DNA from: Neocallimastix sp. 'constans'
Taxonomy: Eukaryota
Direction of reading: 5' to 3'
Length of the DNA: 64,000 nucleotides
Assembly: GCA_050613775.1 (NCBI GenBank)
Contig: JBODTK010000001.1
Location: 1,488,001 to 1,552,000, forward strand
A program made the translations under genes and the position numbers. The notes beneath the pieces were generated by a model, which was not told where the DNA came from, did no database searches, and saw nothing but the letters and a program-made list of their open reading frames with translations. The first letter of the stretch is position 1. Each line of letters starts with the position of its first letter. Of this stretch, positions 53,901 to 64,000 are shown one piece after another.

Positions 53901-54736
53901 TTATCTTTGTAATAAAGATAAATATAAATGTCTAATTTTCTATTTAATAATTGGTTAATAACATTTGGACTCTTGAAAAATATATCTAAAAAGCGAATAT
54001 CATATATTGCTGAAAGTTTCATTGCTGATTCACCTTTTTCATTAGACCAAAAAATATCATGATTGCAAGAAAGAGCATATTTTAATAAATTTTGTTTTTT
54101 TTCAAAAGAATATTTATCCATATTTAAAACTTTTTGAAGAAATGTATTTCCTAAACTATCTGTGGTATTAATATCAATACCATAATGAATAAATAGTTTA
54201 TGAATATAAATAATATCGTTTGCTGAAACGTCAAAAGTTAATAATAGATTTAAATATTTCATAAAATCATAATAAAATTCTAAAATTTTTTGTTTTTTAT
54301 TTATATCATCAAAATAATTGAGAAAGTAATAGGTTAAAAGCTGTTTAATAGCTTTTATTTTTAAATGTTCATAACCATATTCAAAAATTGTTTTTTGTTC
54401 TTCATCGACTTCATCCCAATTAAGACCATCATTAGAATTATAATAAAATAATTTTAAAAAATCATATTCACTGATTCTAACTTTATTTTTCCAGAAATTT
54501 AAGAAATTAATGATTGTTCTATTATTGATTGTCATTAATTTATTGAATAACTTAAAGAATATTTCATTATTTTCATCCTCAACCTTCAAAGCTAAAAGTA
54601 AAATAGAAATTGTATTTCTAAAATTAATTTTTTTTCCTGCTAATTTATTTAAATATTCTTTAATGTTAATAATATTTCTTGATTTTAATAAATAATATAA
54701 ACGTCCTTCTGGAGTAATTTTATTTGGATGATACAT
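50978..54736 (-). CDS. Intronless ankyrin-repeat protein (1252 aa, about 24 repeats in two blocks)
   Basis: Single long ORF with repeated G-x-TPL-xx-A-C...LL..GA-x-IN motifs. About 17 repeats, a ~100-aa spacer, then about 7 repeats. The N-terminal ~380 aa carry only degenerate repeats. Confidence 0.93.
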   Translation of the reverse strand: MYHPNKITPEGRLYYLLKSRNIINIKEYLNKLAGKKINFRNTISILLLALKVEDENNEIFFKLFNKLMTINNRTIINFLNFWKNKVRISEYDFLKLFYYNSNDGLNWDEVDEEQKTIFEYGYEHLKIKAIKQLLTYYFLNYFDDINKKQKILEFYYDFMKYLNLLLTFDVSANDIIYIHKLFIHYGIDINTTDSLGNTFLQKVLNMDKYSFEKKQNLLKYALSCNHDIFWSNEKGESAMKLSAIYDIRFLDIFFKSPNVINQLLNRKLDIYIYLYYKDKIMNIDTTTTTTTITAVDNDIDIDTDTDHKVSNIKVESSLDIPNIIKNVENTLANRHLYEIILNNQEIDVDLLLILSILYDNGNNIITKEFIENPQAFQTIKGETNHNWYAFNFACKHGNVDIVNAFLSLNANINIHNKQNRTPLYIAFNSNHKEIFQLLLNHYGVLANTINESLLLACKEKNYDVVKLLLSKNANVNILDNDDQRKTPLIIACNNNDIKLVKILLEAGANTDIKDHDGNLPLVIACHKVNIPMMEELLKHGANINGFDDKRRTPLIWACLKKNLEMVQFLLRYPAININYKCFNGNTPLIIACFNHRLDIAQELLNQKTIQINLTNMRKNTPLITAAECGDIEIVRELLNRNASINDSNKFGNTALMASIDKDHTDVALLLLEHQVIITNRNRDGETALFIACKRNNLRLVEALVEHNADINGRNSNLKSVLMQACENQNMELIQFLIDHQADVNKTYGTWNETAFMTACKIDNIEIMKYLLNYNVDVNLTSWHGKNSLMYLCENGLYDQVQLIIDQITDINAKDRNDNTALLLACKNNHLRVINFLMQHGIEVNTKNKEGNNLLHLACMNGNIELINILSNYPIDVNSKNKDGDTPLLVAARQDNIDVFTSLISLNPGIDCLVRNDKSESAFEIIINQNKLDKLKILIDFDKERRCLLHSIEDFLNLKYNNQDDHELDLSKRMIEITKLLFQYLSYDKDYVFKEDMLFVYIKANLNDEVQYILEHKNECNINSVDPVTGFSCLIIATYNNNINIVKLLLERGVSVNQYTPVNHETPLIIASANGYEKVLECILDYTPYIEETNADGKTALILASEYNYIRCVNILLMHYADPNHVDSNSYAPLHYACSNGNIQMMECLFRFNANPTLKTNQGRTLLMIASIIGNDDIVKYLLKRGIEDINELDNDFNTALIHAGIHNQFNIVNILLFYNADTTITNSEGKTIFSYIKNQSKYDKLFKSYHLK

Positions 54737-54968
54737 TTTTTAAAATATTAAAAAAAAAAAAAAAAAATAAAAATAAAAATAATAATAAAAATAAAAAATA
54801 ATAAAAAATAAAAATAAAATAATAAAAATTATAAATATTGGTTATATTTAATTTTATATTTAATAAAAATTTATATAAAAATATATATTGATACTATAAT
54901 TTGAATTTGAAAATTTTATTTTATTCCTAATAAATAAAACAAAATAAAATAAAATAAAATATAACTAC

Positions 54969-55014
<46 letters not shown>

Positions 55015-55463
55015 TTATGTAAATTTTTTTATATATGAAATATAAAGAAAAAAAAACTATTCAAAAAAGGTGGTCCAGCTTAAAATTAGTCTTAAAATAA
55101 ATATAAAGATAATTATATATATATCATGAAAAAGCAAAATAAAGAAATATAATATTAAATGTATTAAATTCTAATTATAAATATATTATAGCATAATTAA
55201 AAATATGTAAAAAATGGTATTATATTAGATAACATACTAACTTTTTTTAAATGAATAAATACATTATATTATTAGAGGTGGTACATTTAAAAAATATATT
55301 TAATAGATAATTTTATTTGTTTATTTATAAATATATATTAATAATTCATATATTAAAATATATTTATTAATTTTATTTTATTATTATTATTACTATTTAT
55401 ATAATAAAATAACAATTATTATTAACTATTATTTCATTTCAATGATTATTTATATTTAAATAA

Positions 55464-55494
<31 letters not shown>

Positions 55495-55642
55495 AATAAT
55501 GAACAATTAAATAATTAATTAAATATAGAAAAAAAGTTAAAAAAGAAAAATTTACATAAATTATTATATAATTTGGAAATCTTATTGAATTAAATTAATA
55601 TTAATATATAAACCAAAAAGAAAAAAAAAATTATTTATTTAT

Positions 55643-56395
55643 TTATTTATTTTCAACATTATAAGCTTGATTATTATCACGATTAGAAGATGCTGTTGGT
55701 ACATCATTTGTTACTGTATCATCAGATGAATATGTTTTATATGGACTATTTTGATTATTATAATTTGAATTAGTATCATGTATTAATTTACTTTTTGGAT
55801 AATAATGCTTATTATTAATGTTATTATTATAAGTATTTGCGGTAGTAGAATTATTTATATCATTATTACTATTAGTAGTAGCGGTAGTGGTAGTAGAACT
55901 GGTAGTAATATTATTTTTGTTATTCATGTTATTATTATTATTATTATTATTATTATAATTCATATTGTTATTATTATTGTTATTATTGTTATTATTCTTA
56001 TTGTTACTGTTACTGTTATTGTTATTTGTGGAATTATATGATTTCATATTTTGATATTTTGGATAGGGCATTGGATTAGCATATTGGGATGAAGCAACAT
56101 AGAATACTTTCATATATGGTGGATTAGCAGAAGAATAACATATATTGCCAGTATTTGGAATTGCATAACCATTATTATCTTTAGAACTAATATTTAGAGG
56201 ATAACCATTTTGATTATTGTATAAATTCTAAATAGATAGATAATTTATAATAATAATAATAATAATGAATATTAAAGTAATAAGAATGATTATATATAAA
56301 GCAAAAAAAAAAAAAAAAAAAGTATGAGAATTTATATTAATATTTTTTTTATCATAATTATATTTAATAAAAATTATTATATTAAATTCAATAAA

Positions 56396-56426
<31 letters not shown>

Positions 56427-59400
56427 GAGATAATTACCATAACGGAACCACTCACATGATAAGCAGCAATACCACCCATATCAGCAGCATTACTTATTAA
56501 TATTGGACTTGCAGATATAGTTGGAGTACCGATAGGTTTTCCCATGTTAAGATTAACAGGGTTATAGATTTTATATGGAGTATAATATGACATATGGTTT
56601 CTATTATTACCATTACCATTGTTATTATAATAATACTTCTGATTATTATTACGATAACCAAATTTATTATTATTCATAAAGTTGCGATTATTATGGTAAT
56701 GGTTATTCTTGTTATTATTATTGTTATTATAATCATTACCATATTTATTATAAGATTTATTATTAAAGGAAAATCCCATGTTTCTATTATTATTATTATT
56801 ATTATTATTATTAGCATTAGTATTACTATTTATGTTATTATTATTAAAAGTACTGGAACCTTCTCTGAAATGACTATTACTATTATTATTTCTAATGCCA
56901 TTTCTTCTATTATATGAATTCTTAAAGTTTTGATGGAATACTGGATTATAAATTTTATCAGAGAATGGATGTCTATAAGGTGGAACAGTAGTTCCTTCTT
57001 GAACTAGCCCATTCTTTAATGAATCCGTAGTACTTTCAACAGAACTCTTTATTTCTGTTGAATTTGGATTATGTTCATTCATTTTTTCATTATTTAATGA
57101 TAGATTAACCCTATCGGATAATTTATCATGATTTTGTTCAAGCTTGAAATTATTACTATCATTTAATCTTTCTTCTTTATCATCATCATTCATATTTTGA
57201 TATAAGCTATATATTTTATTATTAATAAATGTTGTTAAAAGTAATTCATAACAATAAATAATAAATAGATAATAAATAGATAATAAATAAATAATAAATA
57301 AATAATAAATAAATAATAAATAAATAATAAATAAATAAATAAATAATATTAACCAGTTTATATTTATTAAAATAAATTTTAAATTAAAAAAACTTACGTA
57401 TTTCCATCATCAATATAGTAAGTTCTATTTTCAACATTCTTTCCACTACATTGTAATGATCCAAATTGAAGTTCTAATCTAGATATATCTAATAATGAAA
57501 TATTATTTTTTATATTACTTAAAATAAAAGATTCTTTATTTGTTTGAAATTCTCTGTTTTCGTTTTCGTTTTCGTCTTCGTCTTCATCTTTTTCTTTTTC
57601 TTCTTTTTTTTCTTCACCTTCTTCTTGATTAGATGAAATCTGTTCAATTTCATGATTTAATCTTCTTGCTATTTTCTCATTTAATTCATCAATTTTACTC
57701 TTATTACGATATTCTTCTGATATTTCAGTATCATCTTCAGTCATTCTATTATAATTATTAATTTCCGTTTTTTCTTCTTTTGAAATTAGTACATTTTCAT
57801 TTTGAATATTCACGATTTCTTCTTCTTTTTCTTTTTCCACTTTACCATCTATAATATTATCTCTTGATAATACTTTTTCATCCTTTATTTCAATATTACT
57901 TGATGATTCCTTATTTATTTCTTCAACTTTATCTATTTTTTCTATTGTCTTATTATCATTACTAGACTTATTCTCTTCTTCAATTGAACTGTTGGATCTC
58001 TTTATTTCTTCCTTTTCTTTATTTTCTTCCTTTTCTTTATTTTCTTCCTTTAATTTATTAATAGATGAGGACTCTAAATTCTTCTTATCATTAGATGTTG
58101 ATTTATTTAATTTAAAAGAGTCTTCAGATTTTTTATCCGATGAGGTATTGTTTACATCTTCGTTTGGCTTATTATTTTCATTAGATTTTTCGATATTTTC
58201 CTTATTTTTTTCTTTATCATCATCATCATCTATTTTACTGTTTTCTTTTTTATCAATGACTTCCTTTTTTGAATTTTCTATTAGTTTGGTATCTTTATTA
58301 TTTTCCGATTTTTTAAGTGTTTCATTTTTATTATTGTTAAATTTATTATCCTTATTCGTTTCTTTAATAGTAATTTTAATGGATATAGTTTCATTTGAAT
58401 TTTCTTTGGAACTTTTAATTTCTTTTCTTATTACATGCTCTGTAGTAGATTTCTTTTCAATAATTACTTTACAATCATTATTTTCTAATTTTGGTCTTAA
58501 ATAGACAAATTAAAGTGTATATATATATATATATTATATTTATTATTATTATTATTAAATTGGTTATTGATATATAAAAACAAAGAAAATATAAAAAAAA
58601 AAAGTGGAAAATTATATATATAAAAAGTAAATTAAAAAAAATTTTTTTATTTGTAATTAAAAATTTTTTTAAAAATAGTAAATAATTAACTAATTAAAGA
58701 ATTACTTTGCAATTTGAGCCCATGATAATTTCTTTGATTTTGAATTATCTTTATTATTATCAGTGACTAATTTTTCATCTCTACTACCTTCTATATTTTT
58801 TTGATCGATAATTGAAGTTTCTGCTACCTTTTTATTTTGATTTAATTTATTTTCCTTTTCCTTATCTATGAAATTTTTCTTTTTATAATCATTTTTTTTA
58901 TAGGAACGATAGCTACCACCAAAGTAATGTTTATAATAATAAGTATCATTATAATTTGAAGATTTATTCTTATTTCTACCACCGTTACTATAGTTCTTAT
59001 AATATTTCTTATCATTTTTATTTTTACTTAATTTATCTTTATCAGATTTGGTTGTATCTATAGAAACTTTAGTTTTTGAATCATTTATAATATTTTTATT
59101 TTCATTGGTATTACTACTAGATTTATTTTCATTATCACTTTTTTTGCTAGATTTTTTGTTATTATCTATCTTTTCATTATTTATTGATTTATCTTTTATG
59201 TCAGAATTTACTTCATTAGATAAATCATTATTATCATCTTTTATTATTATTTTTAATTATATTAAACATTAATAATAATTATTTTATAATAATTAATAAC
59301 AATATAAATTTAAATTAATTTTAATTATAAATACAATAAATTAATATTTAATTTATCCATATATAAATAAATTTGACAAAATAAAAAAAAAAGTTTTAAT

Positions 59401-60180
59401 TAGTTTTAAATTTTTTTATTTTTTATTTTTTTTAAATAAATAAAATTATTATAATAGGTAAAATATTTTTATAATAATTATTTTGATAGAGAAATACTAG
59501 TAATTATTATATTTAAATAAAAAAATTTTTTTATAACATCAGTATCATACTCTCATATAATTAACTTTATCATTTTATTATATATGTATTAATATAATAT
59601 ATATGTTTTTATTTATTTATTTTTACTAATTTTTTTTTAATAAAAAATTTATTTTCTTATATATTTTATGTCTTGAGTATTTTCTTTTTTCATTATACCT
59701 TGATTGTCATCAGTTTTCTTTATTTTTTTATTTTTAACCTTTCCCCATTGCTTAGCATTACCTATAAATATAATAATTTATATTATATATATAATTACAG
59801 AATTATTAAAATTTATTTTTAGTTTTTCTTTTTAAATAAAATAGTAATAGTATTAAAATCTATTCGATTATTATTAAGGTATTTTCTCTTTAAATTAATA
59901 AAAAATATATTTTCTTTTCCCTTTATTATAGTTTTATTTTGTTATCATTTTTTATAATAGATAATGAAATCTTAAAAGTATTACCTTCCATTATCCAAGA
60001 AATTGCAGCATCTAAATCTCCATCAACATCGTATAATGTAGTTAATAAATCCTCATTTTCCCATTTTGGAAATAAATCTTTTAATGATTTTATTTTATCT
60101 TTTACATCATCTATATTCTTATTATTTTTTTCAATTTTTGATTTTTTATTATGAATAATTTTCTCCACAGCAACTTCCAT
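55643..60180 (-). CDS. DEF1: Def1-like CUE-domain protein (RNA polymerase II degradation factor 1 / UBAP2-like architecture)
   Basis: Exons 60180-59985, 59761-59699, 59237-58706, 58495-57398, 57206-56438, 56227-55643. N-terminal CUE LKDLFPKWENEDLL...DGDLDAAISWIMEG-NAKQWGKVK, then SWAQIAK and LELQFGSL motifs and an N/Y-rich C-terminus. Confidence 0.78.
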
Positions 60181-60848
60181 TTTCTATTTATTTGTTTATT
60201 TTTTTTAAAAAAAAAAATAAAAATAAAAATAGTTTATAAATTTATATTATTTTAAAAAAAAAAATTAAAAAAATTAATAATATAAATATATATATATATA
60301 TATATATTTTTTTTTTCTAATCTCTGATAACTTTTAAATAAAATAATTTATTCAATCTATTCTTCTATAATACATTATCCAACTCTATTACATTATTAAA
60401 CCATTATTTTTTTTTTAATTTTATATATAAATATATATAAAATCAATTGTTCATTTAAATTTTGTTTCAAATGTAACATATAATTGTTTTTTATTGATTT
60501 TTATAATACAACATGTAAGTATATATAATATCAATTTGTTCATTTTAAATTTTGCTTCAAATACATATGAATTAATGAAAAATTGAAATAAAAATAATGA
60601 TAAATACGTTTAAATATGGCAATATCAATTATTTTCTTATATGTATATATATACACAGATTGTTTTAATAACTTCTTTTTTGTTATTTTTTAAATTTTAA
60701 TATATTTTTTAAATATTATATTCTTAAAAATATAATTATATTTTATAATTAAAAAGCAAAATATATATACAGTATATACAATATATTAATTGTAATATAA
60801 AATTATTATTATAATTATAGAAAATATTTTTAAAACAAAAACAAAAAC

Positions 60849-60879
<31 letters not shown>

Positions 60880-61238
60880 AAAAATTAACAAGAAAGAAAA
60901 ATTGAAAAGAAAATTATAAATATTAAAAAAAAAAATGCATTATAATTAAATATAAAATTTTTATTATAATTTAAAACTTTTTTTTTTTAAAAAAAATTTT
61001 TTTAATATAACTCTTTAATTATTATTAAATCAGTTAAAATAATAATTTAATATTATTAAACGATACTTTATTAATTAATATTACGTATGAATAATCTTTT
61101 TTTTTTATTAAATTTTATTTATTATTATTTATGATTACTATAACTATCATAATTTCATTTAAAATAATAATAATAAATAAAAAATAATATTAATTAATCA
61201 TTAAAGAGTTAATAATTAATCTAATATAAGTATATATG

Positions 61239-61281
<43 letters not shown>

Positions 61282-61789
61282 AATTAATTTACTTGGTTAT
61301 TGATTGATACACCAACAAATAAAAGTTTTTAAGTAATCTTTTTTATTTTCTTCTTCTTCTTCTTCTTGTCAAACTATTAATACAAATAATTCATACATGT
61401 ACTTATTTATAAATTTATATATTATTAATTATTTCTTTATATATAATTAAAAATATATATAATTTTTTACTTTTTTTTTTTATCAATTATTTATATTATA
61501 GAATATAAAAAAAAAAGGTATTATCTATTATCTATCTAATAATTAACAATTTATTGATATATATATTAATTATACCTCTAACTAGAATTAGATTAGATTA
61601 TCCTTCATATAATCATATAACCTTTTTCAATTTGTATTTCCCATTCTATTTCATTTTAAATAAAAATCATTAATAAATAAAATTATATTTTTTAAAATAT
61701 TTACAATAATTTATTATAATTAATTATACAATAAATTAAAAGGAAATAAAACTATTGATATAATAATTATAATTCTTAATTAATTGTTA

Positions 61790-62020
61790 TTTATTATTTA
61801 TTATTTATTTATTAATTTATTTATTATTTAATTATTTATTATTCAATTATTTATTATTTATTATTCAATTATTTATTATTTATTATTCAATTATTTATTA
61901 TTTATTATTTATTATTTATTATTTAATTATTTAATTATTTTTTTTTTAATTTAATTTTTATTATTTATTATTTATTGTGAAATATTTATTATTCAATTAT
62001 CTATTTTTTATTATTTATTA
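61790..62020. repeat. Degenerate (TTATTTA)n heptamer array with TTCAATT variants
   Basis: Directly visible. Confidence 0.8.
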
Positions 62021-63348
62021 TTTAACTAATTGATATCTTTCATATAATAATAATTATTCATTTTTATAAACCTTTCATCTTAAATTTTATTTTATTGTTC
62101 ATTATTTCACTTTCATTTTAGTTTATTATTTGATTTTAATTTTTTTTTTTAAATTCAAAAAATTAATTAAAAATTTTAATTTAATACTACTATTTAATGG
62201 ATAATATATTATTTTCATTTATTAATTATATTGTAATATACTGTTTAATTGATTATTTATATATTACATATATATTATTTAATTTATTTATTTTTTATTT
62301 TAATTAGGAAAACTTTAATTTTAATTATTTCTAAAAAATTTTTTTAATTAAAAAAATTTAATTATCTTGAAATTAAATTACATTGGAAAGTAATACTATT
62401 CATAATATATTATTAAATTTGTTTTATTATATTATACTATTTACTATTTTATATATTATAATATATACTACATTTTAATCTTTTTCTTTTAAAAAATTTA
62501 AAATTTTCTTTGGTTATAAAAAGAAAATTTAAAAGAAAAAGATTTAATATAAAATAAAAATTAAAAATTAAAAATTAAAAATTAAAAATAAAAATAATGT
62601 AAAACTGGTTTGAAATATAAAAAAAGTATTGATATATAAATAAATATAAATATTTTTTATTTATTTATATGTATAATATTAATGAAAAAGAATTAAAGCT
62701 CTATTTATAATATAATTAATTAAATAATAAATAAATAAAAAAAATAATGTATATAAATATTTAAAAAAAAAAAGAAAAAAAAAAGCTTGATTAATCTTAA
62801 AAAGATTTATTTTTACATTTATAAAAAGGTTTGTTAAAAAAAATTAATGAATGAATATTAATTAATAATAAATAATAAAGATTATATATTAAATAATGAT
62901 TTTAGTAAATAATAGATGATATATAATTAAAAGAAAAAATATTAACAAATAATTGATTTATATATATAAATTCATAATTATAAATAATTATATAATATTG
63001 GCAACTTTTTTTTTTTTTTGTTTTTTATATACAATTTGGATTTTTTTTATATACTATACAAAAACAAAAAATAAAAATAGCTTATTAATATATAATATTC
63101 ATATGTTTTAATTATATAATAATTTAATTAATAATTGATTCAATACTTAAAAAAGTATTATTAAATAATTTAAAGGTAAACTTTGTGATTTTAATTAGTG
63201 TGTTATAGGTTTTTTAGGATGATTAATTTTTATGTAATTTACTTTTTATTGGTTTTGTTATGTATCTTTTTCTCTTTTGTTATTGTTTTTTAAATTATAT
63301 AAAAAATATTGAAAAGAAATATCAGAAAAAAACAAAAAAAGTAATTTT

Positions 63349-63419
<71 letters not shown>

Positions 63420-64000
63420 CAAATTCAAAAAATGCCAAAGTGTAAATGCTCTTACGTCATATTTTAATAATTATTTATACAATTATATACACCTATAGAT
63501 ATACCTATGTAACATTTATAGCAATTTTTATATTATGTTATAATATAGAAATATTACATTTTTTTTATGGGACAAAGTCGGAGTATAAAAATCTATCCAT
63601 ATATATAGTTTTTTTTTTTTTTTTTTTTTTTCCTATCATTATAATAATTAATATATACAAAATAAAAAAAATTTTTTTTTTCCTAATTTACTAATAAAAT
63701 GAATAAAAGATATTGGTCAATAAATGTCGTACTGAATATTGAATTATGAGATAAAGTAATTACAAAAAAAAAAAAAAAAAAAAAGCAAATTAAATTATAC
63801 AATTAAACGAATATTGTAATTAAAAATAAAAAAAAAATAAAATAAATGATTATAAATATAAACATGCAATTTAAAATTAAATATTTAAATAAATTAATAT
63901 AAAAAAAAGTTAAGATTATTAGATTATATTATATGATTATAATTTAAGCTTTTTTTCAATATTAAATATATAAATATAATATAGGACCATTCTTTCATAA

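Noticed and set aside
57992..59272. Plus-strand S/L/F-rich ORFs 57992-58504 and 59048-59272
   Set aside because: Antisense to the K/E/N-rich exons of the DEF1-like gene.

Overview
Extremely AT-rich, intron-rich eukaryotic DNA. Composition, (TTATTTA)n arrays, an SBP-fused class C GPCR and a long ankyrin gene point to an anaerobic gut fungus (Neocallimastigomycota); this is an inference. Five host genes were reconstructed by hand: GDA1-type apyrase (+, 4 exons), a DUF2433-like metallophosphoesterase-fold/RRM/prion-like protein (-, 18 exons), a sugar-binding-protein/7TM class C GPCR fusion (-, 7 exons), an intronless ankyrin-repeat protein (-) and a Def1-like CUE protein (-, 6 exons). The gene-poor 22.7-41.8 kb interval holds a decayed near-full-length APE-RT LINE and a second 5'-truncated LINE in opposite orientation with a 23-bp TSD. 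The most unusual item is a ~380-nt GC-rich, highly structured, oligo-T-ended non-coding element with a 16-bp TSD (26739-27122). A truncated second copy of it is inserted in the LINE ORF, and its motif order loosely echoes HEARO/omega RNA (speculative). Two MITE-like elements share 15-bp-period GCATTTCG subterminal motifs. Most short ORFs in the track are microsatellite artefacts.
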